Below, in pieces: positions 20,101 through 29,366 of a DNA stretch of 64,000 nt. Positions within the stretch are counted from its first letter, which is position 1. Each line of letters opens with the position of its first letter. Source of the DNA: a virus (taxonomy: Duplodnaviria > Caudoviricetes); IMG/VR virus record IMGVR_UViG_3300028603_000001, positions 116,801 to 180,800 of that record. One strand, 5' to 3'. The notes under the pieces were generated by a model, which made no database searches, was not told the DNA's origin, and saw only the letters and a program-made list of their open reading frames with translations. Made by a program: the position numbers and the translations under genes.

Positions 20101-20907
20101 TAATGAACTTGTTGTATTAGGGATATCTGTTAATTTCGCATAATCATCTGCATCTTCTAACTCAGATATCTTTTTAGGTATATCGCTGAGTGTTGCAAAA
20201 TTAGCATCATTTTCTAATTGAGATACTTTAGTTGGTATAATTGGCTTATTGCTTAAATCACCATAATCTCCGCTAAAATTCTTTATATTTAAATCTTCTA
20301 GTGATATATTACCTTTTATTTCGACATTATTTATTAAAGGTTTATTTTCTAAATCATTATAGTTACCACTAAAATCACTTTTACTTGTCCAGAAGCTTTT
20401 TTCTGCATCTGTTACAAATCTATGTGTTGGGTTTTCTATTATTTTATTTGCTGGTAAACTTGGTATATCAGAAGCGGATAAATCTGCTCCTCCTGTAACT
20501 AAACCTTTGCTGTCATATGTAATTTTAGTTTTTGTTGCACCTATGATATCTGGGTTTCTATCAACCTTATCGGATAATAGTGGAGTTAAATCACATGAAA
20601 CTTCTTCATGATCACTATTAGTTATAGTAAGTATATTATCAGTTAATTCTAAGCTAGTAACTCTCACACCACCTGTGATGTTAATTGTAGTTGAATCAAG
20701 AATATTACCTTTTGCTGCACGTAAATGCAAAGTAATGAAATCTTGACCTACTTCTTGATCAACTTCAATATATCTTCCAGTTTCAGTATCAAGTCTAAGT
20801 TTTAAAAAATTAGTGTTTAAATCATTAGATGGAGCGTCAATATTCGAAGCTGATGTGAAACCATTTTTAACATTAATGTTTGATGATGATTTAAATTCTG
20901 TTTTCAT
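17104..20907 (-). CDS. Long tail fibre/shaft protein with about 20 copies of a 19-aa repeat (IPxKxSELxNDxGFIT)
   Basis: Repeats directly visible; KITYDSKGLVTGG, NPHNIT and GLMSPQDK fibre motifs. Confidence 0.75.
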   Translation of the reverse strand: MKTEFKSSSNINVKNGFTSASNIDAPSNDLNTNFLKLRLDTETGRYIEVDQEVGQDFITLHLRAAKGNILDSTTINITGGVRVTSLELTDNILTITNSDHEEVSCDLTPLLSDKVDRNPDIIGATKTKITYDSKGLVTGGADLSASDIPSLPANKIIENPTHRFVTDAEKSFWTSKSDFSGNYNDLENKPLINNVEIKGNISLEDLNIKNFSGDYGDLSNKPIIPTKVSQLENDANFATLSDIPKKISELEDADDYAKLTDIPNTTSSLINDSGFITETDIPAIPAKLSELDNDSGYITENELPDIPTNISAFTNDAGYLTSTGLPDIPSHTSDLINDAGYITENDIPYIPQDLGDLTNDAGYAKVIDIPTDTSDLNNNSGYITGDALPTKTSQLENDDGFITLEDIPNIPAKLSDLDNDTGFITSEDLPENISELYNDAGYITVEDLPDISSFKTINNEEITGIGNISVQVPLVDEGINQNIKTINNQSILGAGTIDIQEPDVNKEYVDEELSKKQDLIDADNKLDYSLIDNTPEIPNIPDITIQGGVEEVDKYISEISIDSTDKHKIIVRKADLPQRFSGNYDDLTNKPVIPAKTSDLINDNDFATMSDIPVKVSDLENDAEFITLANIPTDLSSFNDDVGFALEEDIPTNVSELINDAEFITAEDIPYIPVKISDLTNDTGFITKYVNDLVNYKSTEDLNVLLEDKVDKEDGYSLTKNNLTDELKENYDDAYQHSLDAPDLYEPKNTNIQEHIIDQNNPHNITKATVNLENVDNVKQATKTEFDNYVNVTNSALGNKVPKERQIIGIDLVDNITITEFKTALGLATDSLSGLMSPQDKKALNDLVALFEDNPNEVVDTINEILAIFENYPEGEDIINILAGKVDKIEGYGLTQNDYDDSEKNKVQEAYAHSQEDHAPSDAQKNVQSDWNQTDTNADDFIKNKPAIEDIPDITIQDGDAEPGKYISQIEVDESDKHKINVTKADLPEVPEISTDIETDASIDNKTVSPKAVVDYVDQTISDIDIPTKISDLDNDEDFITKDYVDTVHFNLDELIPEVGSSYWLSESDIINEVFFGDSVLFNTFVNKTIRISVFCDGGSGGGSDLFIYLTSTVSGDITRYIYQRVTPSNKTYTVSLLYSEIETGWKWLTSYDANSGGGGVTDHNDLTGRDTAESHPMSAITDLSTGEDPYLDQKLKTTDEPEFAGISVTSDWKITADTEKLKLQQNNSGVHTDVMQVYLDQAPETPNAKVKIKAKTEIEMLDFGGW

Positions 20908-20942
20908 CTATACTCTCCTTTCCTGATTGTTTGTTTGCATTT

Positions 20943-21389
20943 TTAGTTTACTTCTGATAAGTTATCTAGTGTGATATTAAGTTTTAATTTTATAGGTGTA
21001 TTATACAGAACATTATCGACGGATTCAGGTTCCGCTTCAGGTTTAACTTTTATGATTTTTAATTGTACATATACATCTAATAAATTAGGTTTGAATTTTA
21101 GCGTATCTTCTGGAGATAATGTTAAAACTATTCTAGAACCTTCGTGTCCTGGATCTAAATTATCTTCAATAGCAAAATCATTGTTTATAGTTTGTTTATT
21201 TAGCACTACATTTAATCCTTGCCTGTAAATTATTTCTGCTTCTTCTATATCTGCAGATAAAAATGGTAGATCGAATATATGTGTACATGTAGCACCTATC
21301 GTTATGCTATCTTGTTCATCTTCTGGAACAGGTGGTCTATTATCTGGAAATTCTGTTTCTGTAAAATTAGACAAAAAATTATTTGGCAT
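20943..21389 (-). CDS. BppU-like structural adaptor
   Basis: GATCTHIFDLPF...LTLSPEDTLKF...VQLK; late motif upstream. Confidence 0.5.
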   Translation of the reverse strand: MPNNFLSNFTETEFPDNRPPVPEDEQDSITIGATCTHIFDLPFLSADIEEAEIIYRQGLNVVLNKQTINNDFAIEDNLDPGHEGSRIVLTLSPEDTLKFKPNLLDVYVQLKIIKVKPEAEPESVDNVLYNTPIKLKLNITLDNLSEVN

Positions 21390-21519
21390 TTTTATTAAGT
21401 CTCCATATCTTTTTTAATATTTTAAATGTTTTTATATCACATAATTTAGCAACAGAAACAATTTTAAAATAAAAAAAACGATCTTTCTATAAAGATCATT
21501 TTTCTGATTATTATTTTAA

Positions 21520-21819
21520 TTATTCTGGATCTTCAATAACAAAGTCTTCTGTTGATATTCCTGGACTTAATATTTGCACATAATTATTCCCCATATAGAT
21601 GTAAGCATCATTCAAATTATCTGTCGTATCTAGATAAATTTTACCTGTATCACCTGTAATAGGTATTGTAGTAGCAACATCCTCATAGAAAACACCATTG
21701 CTTAGATATCCAACAATAACATCATCTACAAAATCTGGTAGCTGATGCGCAGGAATTTTCCCATTGATTAAGTCGGCTTTCTTTTTTAATTTACTGTAAG
21801 TTATAATATCTAAAGGCAT
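21520..21819 (-). CDS. Small tail fibre-domain protein
   Basis: KADLINGKIPAHQLPDFVDDVI...GDTGKIYLD. Confidence 0.55.
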   Translation of the reverse strand: MPLDIITYSKLKKKADLINGKIPAHQLPDFVDDVIVGYLSNGVFYEDVATTIPITGDTGKIYLDTTDNLNDAYIYMGNNYVQILSPGISTEDFVIEDPE

Positions 21820-21830
21820 ACATTATCTCC

Positions 21831-22067
21831 TTAATATTCATCATCTTCGTAATCATCTTCGTAATCAAATTCGTCGTCATCTTGTTCCTCATATTCAACA
21901 TCAACATCCGATACTTCGAAATCCTTAGCATAACCATTTAATGCGATATCTGAAAATGACATCATTTTAAACTTTTCTAATGCTTCTTCATATGAATCAG
22001 CTTCAATTTCCAATCCTCTTATCCACGCATTTAAATTAAAATCAAACGTAAAAGTTTTTTCGCTCAT
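21831..22067 (-). CDS. Hypothetical acidic protein
   Basis: GGAGG SD. Confidence 0.6.
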   Translation of the reverse strand: MSEKTFTFDFNLNAWIRGLEIEADSYEEALEKFKMMSFSDIALNGYAKDFEVSDVDVEYEEQDDDEFDYEDDYEDDEY

Positions 22068-22082
22068 AATTATAACACCTCC

Positions 22083-22295
22083 TTAAAATAATACCCATTC
22101 ACCCGTGTATTTTCCATCTCCTGCTGGTGTTACTTTTAATAAATATACATCTCCACTGTCCATTTCAATAAATACACTTCCATTACTTACAATATAATTA
22201 ACATTACCATTTACAAGATTTACTCCTAATGGTTTTGTGTCTGTTGATAATCCTCTAAATTCATATAGATGCTCGTTTGTTACTGATGTGATCAT
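22083..22295 (-). CDS. Small conserved phage protein
   Basis: GLSTDTKP...NGSVFIEMDSGDVY. Confidence 0.6.
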   Translation of the reverse strand: MITSVTNEHLYEFRGLSTDTKPLGVNLVNGNVNYIVSNGSVFIEMDSGDVYLLKVTPAGDGKYTGEWVLF

Positions 22296-22416
22296 ATAAT
22301 ATCCTCCAAATTATTTTTATCTTTTTATTATCAATTAATTTAGCAATTTTATTTGCGTAATGATTCTAATAAAAATGAAGTTCATACTCAAGCTATTACT
22401 TAATTATGGAATAACT

Positions 22417-22767
22417 TTAAATATCAGTGTCCTGAACATCCTCATTTAAGATTATCTTTTTTTTCACAGGTTTATTATCTGCGTGTTCGCGATATAATTC
22501 AATAAGATTCATTATAGAATAAACAGCTAAATCCTTGAAGGTGTCTTCTAAACTCTCAAATTCGTTTTTGCCACTTCTAATTATATTTGTTGCTCTAGAC
22601 AACTTATTATGTAAAGGAACTAAACCCGCAATTGAACCTAATTCTTTATATAACTTTTCAAAACTGTTCCCATAATTAGAGTTCTTTTTCTCAAACAACT
22701 CAACCATCTCAAAGACAATTTTTTTAAATATTTCTACATCAGTCATTTTATATATCTCCGTTACCAT
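22417..22767 (-). CDS. DUF1599 / nucleotide-modification-associated domain protein
   Basis: KKNSNYGNSF...NKLSR...ESLEDTFKDLAVYSIM. Confidence 0.75.
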   Translation of the reverse strand: MVTEIYKMTDVEIFKKIVFEMVELFEKKNSNYGNSFEKLYKELGSIAGLVPLHNKLSRATNIIRSGKNEFESLEDTFKDLAVYSIMNLIELYREHADNKPVKKKIILNEDVQDTDI

Positions 22768-22769
22768 TA

Positions 22770-23282
22770 TTATCTACACTTTATCAAACCATATTCATCT
22801 GTATGTCTTTTATATATAATTGAAATATTATTATCATCATTAATATTTTTAAACACGTAGAAGGAATAGTCTGTTAATTCTAGCTCATCAATTGCTTCTT
22901 CTAATGATATTGGTTTTAAATCAAATATTTTTTCTTTTGTGATAGCAGGAAACATACCTGTATCCTCAATTCCTAAATCAAAAATACTTAGTTGTTTTTT
23001 TCTTTTTCTAGAATCAACTTCTTTTTTGTTAAACTTAATAACTGCTTTCTTTATTTTAGAAACTGCTTCAACGTACGCTGTATAGAAGTCACTGTTAGTA
23101 GCTTGAACTCTAAATTTATCTACAGTTAAATCAATTTTTATTTTATCGTTATTTAATTTAGTTAATTTTACTTCTGAGCGTTCAGAATTTGGAACTATCT
23201 TATTTAGCTTCTTTTCAAACGTATCTTCAACAAAACTCTTCATTGACTCTGTAAAGGTAATTTTATCACTTATAAATTTCAT
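22770..23282 (-). CDS. hpf: Long-form ribosome hibernation promoting factor
   Basis: N-domain (TESMKSFVE..KL; DFYTA) plus C-terminal KIFDLKPISLEEAIDELEL..SFYVFKN...IIYKRH..YGLI. Confidence 0.85.
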   Translation of the reverse strand: MKFISDKITFTESMKSFVEDTFEKKLNKIVPNSERSEVKLTKLNNDKIKIDLTVDKFRVQATNSDFYTAYVEAVSKIKKAVIKFNKKEVDSRKRKKQLSIFDLGIEDTGMFPAITKEKIFDLKPISLEEAIDELELTDYSFYVFKNINDDNNISIIYKRHTDEYGLIKCR

Positions 23283-23460
23283 ATTGTAATCTCTCCTTAT
23301 TTTTTAAAATCAATCTTATAATTTTCTTGTAATACCTTAATATTATTTTTACACCAATTATAAAATTGTTTTTCTTCTAATTCATCCATTTTTATTAATA
23401 AGCTTTTAAGCAAATATTCGGATGATGAATACATTATTCTTTACTGCTTTCATATGTTAT

Positions 23461-23808
23461 TTAGTTGTTATTAGTATTAACTTCTTCTTCAGGTGTTTCT
23501 TGCTCTACTTGTGGGTTATAAAACATGATATATTTCTTATCAAATCCTCCCGCAACCTCTAACCTTTTGTCATATTCTTCTTTGAACTTTTCTTCTCCAA
23601 CTGATGCTTTTACAAGAGCATTTATAACGGTTTGTACGTCTACTAACTCTGTTAGAGAGCTTTTTTGTAAGAATTCGTTAACTTCTTCAACTAACTTCTC
23701 TTTTAATGCGAAAATATACAACTCAATGTTTTCTATAGAAGCGTAATCACATATTTGATTTGCTTCTTTCATAATTTGTGGAACATTATCTCTAATTAAT
23801 TTATGCAT
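23461..23808 (-). CDS. MazG-like / PRA-PH-family nucleotide pyrophosphohydrolase
   Basis: KLIRDNVP...KLVEEVNEF...ELVDV...GGFDK. Confidence 0.75.
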   Translation of the reverse strand: MHKLIRDNVPQIMKEANQICDYASIENIELYIFALKEKLVEEVNEFLQKSSLTELVDVQTVINALVKASVGEEKFKEEYDKRLEVAGGFDKKYIMFYNPQVEQETPEEEVNTNNN

Positions 23809-23847
23809 AATTATATACTTTTTACCTTTCTCTTTATTTTTATTATC

Positions 23848-24162
23848 TTATAATTTTAAAATTTGTCTTACGCTTAAATTATCAATAAAAGCTTTTTCTT
23901 TATTGCGTAAGATTATTTCGGCAACTTCTTCAAAATTAGTTGCAACGTTTTCAACAGTTTCATCATCTCGTATATCCATATACGAATCAAAATCTATTTC
24001 AATTAAATCTGGAGATGAAAAATCTTTTTTAGTATACAGCGCGTAAATAAAAAATCTCTTATCTTCTGTAAAAAATAAACTGTAAGAACTTTTGTCTATT
24101 GGATATCTTCTCTTTCTACCAGTTATATCTAAAATAGTAGTAAATTTTTTTCTCATAGCCAT
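23848..24162 (-). CDS. Hypothetical protein
   Basis: Co-oriented ORF with GAGG SD. Confidence 0.6.
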   Translation of the reverse strand: MAMRKKFTTILDITGRKRRYPIDKSSYSLFFTEDKRFFIYALYTKKDFSSPDLIEIDFDSYMDIRDDETVENVATNFEEVAEIILRNKEKAFIDNLSVRQILKL

Positions 24163-24165
24163 TTT

Positions 24166-24429
24166 TTATACCTCATATTTCTCAATAAACAACGAGATAT
24201 TAAAATTATTTTTTGAAATTTTTGACATTGATGTTGTTTTAGTGGTGTACATTGGATTAACAATACTTTTGTCAGTAGTAGTATCCGATAGTCCACCTTC
24301 TTTTTTAATCACATGTAATAAAGCTGCTGCTAATTCTGTGCTTGAGTAATCTGTTAGCTCTTTTTGTTTTTTAAGACTTTCTTTATACTTATCAAACTGC
24401 AGCTCATCCATTTCCACGTACAATTTCAT
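24166..24429 (-). CDS. Hypothetical protein
   Basis: Co-oriented ORF with GAGG SD. Confidence 0.6.
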   Translation of the reverse strand: MKLYVEMDELQFDKYKESLKKQKELTDYSSTELAAALLHVIKKEGGLSDTTTDKSIVNPMYTTKTTSMSKISKNNFNISLFIEKYEV

Positions 24430-24444
24430 TTATCTACATCCTCT

Positions 24445-24663
24445 CTAATAAAATTTTTGCTGAGTTTTTTTATTTAACTTTCGCATTAGTCTCTGATGTT
24501 TTTCAGATTTCAATTTTCTTTTGATGCTTTTGGGCAAGAAATATTCTCGTTTTCTTACCTCATCCATTGTTCCTGCTTTTGCTATATCTTTCTTGAAACG
24601 CTTAAGCATTTGTTCTACATCAAGAATATTTCCGAAACGATCTCTGTTTGTGATCTTGGGCAC
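24445..24663 (-). CDS. rpsU: Phage-encoded ribosomal protein bS21
   Basis: DVEQMLKRFKK...GTMDEVRKREYFLPKSIKRKLKSE. Confidence 0.85.
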   Translation of the reverse strand: MPKITNRDRFGNILDVEQMLKRFKKDIAKAGTMDEVRKREYFLPKSIKRKLKSEKHQRLMRKLNKKTQQKFY

Positions 24664-24921
24664 TAATTGTTCACCACCTTTTTTATTCTATCTAGTAACT
24701 TATTTTTATTACTAATATAATATACAATAAAAATGATTTATTTTATCACCGATCTTAATAACATCTTTAAACATATAAAGATATTAAAAGATTATAAAAC
24801 AATATGAGCACTTAAATTTACTAAATAAACTATAATGAAAAAGAGTATAAAAAAGGCTTTCTATAAAAGCCTTTTTATAATATATTCTAACTAATTGATT
24901 AATATCGATTCTTTTGACTTA

Positions 24922-25959
24922 TTACATAGGTCCATCTCCACCAGCAGAATAAAAGTACTCTCTATAAGTAGGTGCGGTACCAAGATCGTATATGGGTTCA
25001 GATATTTTCTCAACTACAAATACAAGATTTCTCCATGTCATTCCAGCTCCAGTTGTTACAGTTAATGTTCCTGAACCACTTACTGTTCCTGGTGAGGTGC
25101 TTTTCTTTAATAAGCTGGCACCTACATTTATACCCATTAAATTAAACTCATTCATCCCATCACCCTCGAAGTCTGCTATTATTTCTAGCTTTCGAGGTAG
25201 ATTTGCGTTATATATATCAATTGAACTTGGGGTACCGGGATAGTTAAATTCTAATATAACCCATTTATCTCTATAGTCTGATAAATCAACTGGCGAAGTA
25301 GACGGGCTGATTACTATAGGGTTAGCAAAACCATCATTGAGAGTAACCATATCTTTGAAAAAAAGGTCTTTACGCTCAATCACCTCTCCCATCATACTTA
25401 CATGAATATAATTAATTGTTTCAGGAGCTATCAAAGCAGCTTTATAATGATCGTTCATTTTTAAAAGTGATATAAGGAATGCACTCCCACCTGAAGCAGA
25501 AAAACCGAAACTGTATAAACCTGATGGTAATTGATTCGTAAGTATATGTGAAATAATTGCTGTCTCGTTACTGAATAGACCTAGATCAGTAATTGGTGCA
25601 TTATTTATTAATGAGTAATCTAACTTATTATCAACATCTATTGAATCTTGTTTTTTATCTACTTTGTCATCTACTTGAGACTCAGTTTGATAACCACTGT
25701 CGTTTTCTAATTCACTTACCTTAGTAGGCACAGCAGGAATATCATTTTCTGTTATAAATCCAGCATCATTAACTAAATCACTAGTATTAGTAGGGATAGC
25801 GGGAATATCTTCTAGAGTTATAAAACCAGAATCATTAATTAATCCATCTAATTCATCTAGTTTACCTGAAATGTTTCTTCCTTTATCATCTCTAATAGCT
25901 GCGTCTACTATAATTGGATTTCCTTTTATTTTCATTTTTTTGTATGTTACTTCAGCCAT
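24922..25959 (-). CDS. Tail fibre-like protein with SELEND repeats
   Basis: GGAGG SD before ATG 25959; shares the KKQDxIDxDNKLDYSLI block with 17104..20907. Confidence 0.6.
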   Translation of the reverse strand: MAEVTYKKMKIKGNPIIVDAAIRDDKGRNISGKLDELDGLINDSGFITLEDIPAIPTNTSDLVNDAGFITENDIPAVPTKVSELENDSGYQTESQVDDKVDKKQDSIDVDNKLDYSLINNAPITDLGLFSNETAIISHILTNQLPSGLYSFGFSASGGSAFLISLLKMNDHYKAALIAPETINYIHVSMMGEVIERKDLFFKDMVTLNDGFANPIVISPSTSPVDLSDYRDKWVILEFNYPGTPSSIDIYNANLPRKLEIIADFEGDGMNEFNLMGINVGASLLKKSTSPGTVSGSGTLTVTTGAGMTWRNLVFVVEKISEPIYDLGTAPTYREYFYSAGGDGPM

Positions 25960-26111
25960 ATTCTTTTTCCTCCATATAGACATTTGTTTTTTTTATAATT
26001 TATTTTTTATATCAATTAATTTAGCACAGCTTTCAAATAGTTATGATAAATAAAAAAAGCTATAATTATTATTTTATAGCTTTTTATCTCATATTATTTT
26101 TTTTTTGTCTG

Positions 26112-27155
26112 TTATACAGCTATTGTTCTTTCAGCGTTATATTTAGTAATACCTAATTCTTGATCATTCCATTTAGCTTCATCGCCATATACTGCTAAGT
26201 ATTCTTTTCTGATATTTGCTGCAGCACCTTCTGGGTTACCATTCAACGCTTGATCTACATATTTAGCACAGCATTTAGACCAAAATGTGATATTATCATC
26301 CATATATTTCGGATCAACTTTAAAACCAACGCTCCTTGCTTCCCAGGCATCGCTTGGCATATTTCCAGTTATAAATCCATGTAAACCATGTCTAATAGCG
26401 TATGAAGAAGCGTGGCACCAGATTAAAAATAACTTTTTACCTTTTAGATATTTTGCTTCTCCATCACCGATAACATATCCACCGCCCTGCACATTGATCA
26501 ATCCACCAGGTGTTCCATGACCTAAACAAATAATCTTATCATGTGATTCTAGTAATTGATGAAGTTCTTCCTTATCGATGTTACCATCTCTCAAAACATC
26601 CCAATTTTTTCCTTCATATATTTGTGATAACATATTAGTGGTATTATCTAAGCAATGTATTACTAAAGTATCAGATTTATTTAATTTATCTAAGAAACCT
26701 GTTGCTTTGACTGGTTCAAAGAAATGTTTGTTATTAATATATTCTCTATCTATGCTAAATAAATCATCATATTCTTCTTCATCATCAAAATATTCTTCTT
26801 CATCATCAAAATATTCTTCATCATCAGGTTCAGAGAAAAATAGATCTATATTAGAATCATTTTTGTTTTTCTGCTTCGGTTGTTTTTTTGCTGTTTCATC
26901 TTGAACAATCTGGTCAAAAAGAGCTTTTGTATAGCTTTTTTCATAAATAGCAGATGGCATAACTAAACAATTCTCTGAAGAGAACCAGTGGTCAATGAGA
27001 TGATCTAAATTATCAAATACTTTATACTCAAAATTGCTCTTATTATGTTTTTCTTGAACAAGTTTAAATTTGCCAATAGTTTCTACAATAGTATCATCAT
27101 CTTTTTCATCATCCCAAAAAGGATCTATCAATTTATTTTTGTAATTATCTCTCAT
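26112..27155 (-). CDS. Acidic-linker protein with a possible clan-CD (caspase-like) peptidase domain
   Basis: IICLGHG ... LFLIWCHA spacing resembles a His-Gly/Cys dyad. Confidence 0.45.
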   Translation of the reverse strand: MRDNYKNKLIDPFWDDEKDDDTIVETIGKFKLVQEKHNKSNFEYKVFDNLDHLIDHWFSSENCLVMPSAIYEKSYTKALFDQIVQDETAKKQPKQKNKNDSNIDLFFSEPDDEEYFDDEEEYFDDEEEYDDLFSIDREYINNKHFFEPVKATGFLDKLNKSDTLVIHCLDNTTNMLSQIYEGKNWDVLRDGNIDKEELHQLLESHDKIICLGHGTPGGLINVQGGGYVIGDGEAKYLKGKKLFLIWCHASSYAIRHGLHGFITGNMPSDAWEARSVGFKVDPKYMDDNITFWSKCCAKYVDQALNGNPEGAAANIRKEYLAVYGDEAKWNDQELGITKYNAERTIAV

Positions 27156-27402
27156 TTTATACTTACCTTTCTAATCTATGTATTTTTTTTAGTAATCTTC
27201 ACATCATATTATACAAGATATTTGAATTTATATTAATACTTTTCTGGGTTACTATTTGACATCTTTTAGATATTTCTTTTATTTGATTTTGTCATACCCA
27301 TTTAATTTAGCAAGTTTTTACTATAGCTATAAAAGTAAAAAAAAGATAATTATATTTAACTCTAATTATCTTTTATTTTTAACTGCTGCTTATTATTTTT
27401 GT

Positions 27403-27654
27403 TTATAACCAGGTAATCGAATTCTGTGCTTCTCTGATATTCTTGCTTACCTGGTAATTTTTGCCTTTAACAATATCAGCCATTGTTGTTTTTAAATTAG
27501 CAACTTTAGACAATTGGCTATCTCTTAAAGTCATCATTAATGTTTTGTCGCCAGATTTTTTGCCAAGAATGAAACTTTTATGATTACCTTTTGTTTTTAC
27601 AGCACCTAAAACTTTCCAATTTTCAAAAACTTTGTGTAGATATTTACTTCGCAT
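27403..27654 (-). CDS. Hypothetical basic protein
   Basis: AAGGAG SD, own promoter. Confidence 0.6.
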   Translation of the reverse strand: MRSKYLHKVFENWKVLGAVKTKGNHKSFILGKKSGDKTLMMTLRDSQLSKVANLKTTMADIVKGKNYQVSKNIREAQNSITWL

Positions 27655-27714
27655 ATGTCACACTCCTTTTACATTATAATATACAATGTTTTAGAGCGTA
27701 TTTTTATCGTTTAA

Positions 27715-28503
27715 TTAATCTATTTTTTCTTTTGGTATAACTATATTTAAAATTAAATCTGGAAACTCATCATTATATCTAGTAATCCAATATGTTTCTC
27801 TATCTCTCAATATCTTCCTATCTTCAACAACTTCTATAATTTCAAAAATATAATCGCTTATATTGTGTATAGAAAAGCGCTCAGTTAATAAATGTTGACC
27901 CCATCTAAATATTGGTATATAAGCTGTTTGGCCTATATAAAACTCACTAGTGGATTTTTTAGTTATTTTATAAATATAACCACCTCTTGAACTAGATGTA
28001 AAGGTATCTTTGGTGATAAAAACATCTGGGATAAAATCATCATCGGCGTATTTTAAAGCTGATTCATCTTCTAGCATTTTTATAATATCTTGCTTATGTT
28101 CTAATTCACATGTTTTAGAACAAAAACATAAATCGGTTATATATGTTTGATAGTTATTTAATATTTCCGGTAAGATATTATTATTCCTGAATTCATAGGT
28201 TCCTTGATATTTATGTAAAAGTTTCTGATTGCTTTTAAATGTTTTTTTACAATGGCTACATTCAAATTCAAGTATTGTTAAATAATTTTCAGGGTTGTAG
28301 CAATTATCAGAGATTGTAATGCAGTATATGTCACCGTCTTTCAGTTTTCCATTATTAGCGAATTTTATATTTGGATATAATAATCTTATATTTTCCTTAA
28401 ACGCTTCCCTTGACTCTGCTATCATAACTTCTTGATTTAAAATAGAATCAGATCTTTTAATCTTGCCTATATTTACTTCATATATTCTGTAGATAAAATT
28501 CAA
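27715..28503 (-). CDS. Zn-finger plus GIY-YIG nuclease-domain protein
   Basis: CSHC/FCSKTC; GYIYKIT...FYIGQT...RWGQH...E..WI...N. Confidence 0.65.
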   Translation of the reverse strand: MNFIYRIYEVNIGKIKRSDSILNQEVMIAESREAFKENIRLLYPNIKFANNGKLKDGDIYCITISDNCYNPENYLTILEFECSHCKKTFKSNQKLLHKYQGTYEFRNNNILPEILNNYQTYITDLCFCSKTCELEHKQDIIKMLEDESALKYADDDFIPDVFITKDTFTSSSRGGYIYKITKKSTSEFYIGQTAYIPIFRWGQHLLTERFSIHNISDYIFEIIEVVEDRKILRDRETYWITRYNDEFPDLILNIVIPKEKID

Positions 28504-28511
28504 TATATTAT

Positions 28512-29066
28512 TTACTCCTTAGCTTGATTATTTAAGAAAGTTTTTATCGTATCTAAATATTTTTCAATAATTGTTTTTGTTTTAGGATTAAGATCTTTCT
28601 TTTTATCGTGTTGAACATCAGAGTCATAAAAATCAAACAGTTCGTATAAGTTATTATTTTTCCAACCAAAGCTCCACCAATCACAGATCATCTCAATAAT
28701 GCTTTCTTGGTCCATTTCTGCACCTTTCCAATATTGAGGGTGATGCGAATTAGTCTCATAATGATGTTTCCACGCTTTTTGAAACTCTATATCATCTTCT
28801 GTTTTTGTTCCTTTTGTCTTGCCATAAAAATGTTCTGCATAAGGCATAAATTCTTCTTCACTGTATTTTGAAGCATCATGATTTTTAATCATTTCATCTA
28901 ATTTGTCTATATCACAATCTTTTAATATTTCAGGTAAATTCTTTTTTATAAATTCATAAGCTTTTTTAACATTTCTTAAATGTTCAAGAATATATTTTTC
29001 ATATTCTTTTTTAATTGATTCGGTTGTATTATTTTCTACAACGCTTTCTTTGATTTTTAATTTCAA
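28512..29066 (-). CDS. DUF5662-like HD-type hydrolase
   Basis: HDASKY..EF..Y, AWKHHY..NSHHPQYW, EMICDW. Confidence 0.7.
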   Translation of the reverse strand: MKLKIKESVVENNTTESIKKEYEKYILEHLRNVKKAYEFIKKNLPEILKDCDIDKLDEMIKNHDASKYSEEEFMPYAEHFYGKTKGTKTEDDIEFQKAWKHHYETNSHHPQYWKGAEMDQESIIEMICDWWSFGWKNNNLYELFDFYDSDVQHDKKKDLNPKTKTIIEKYLDTIKTFLNNQAKE

Positions 29067-29091
29067 TTTACAGTCTCTCTTTCTAACTAAA

Positions 29092-29364
29092 TTAATTCTC
29101 TTTCACATCGCTGCCTTTTAGGTTATCCTTTTTGTATTTCAAATTTAAGTCATTTAAATATTTGGATATAACATCTAAACATTTGGCATCTAATACAATA
29201 CCAGCAGCAGGAAAATAGCTGTATTTACGAAAAGCTGGAAACCATTTAATTTCACCTAAACATGCTTCTGTATCTTTATTAAATAACTTTATATCATCTG
29301 TTTTCTTTTTTTTGATTTGAGATAATTTTATAAAGGTGATATAACCTATTGTCAATACTTCCAT
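29092..29364 (-). CDS. Hypothetical phage protein
   Basis: LGEIKWFPAFRKYSYFP. Confidence 0.6.
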   Translation of the reverse strand: MEVLTIGYITFIKLSQIKKKKTDDIKLFNKDTEACLGEIKWFPAFRKYSYFPAAGIVLDAKCLDVISKYLNDLNLKYKKDNLKGSDVKEN

Positions 29365-29366
29365 AA

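Noticed and set aside
27715-28503. Intron-encoded homing endonuclease
   Set aside because: Free-standing, GIY-YIG domain is C-terminal, and no interrupted gene flanks it
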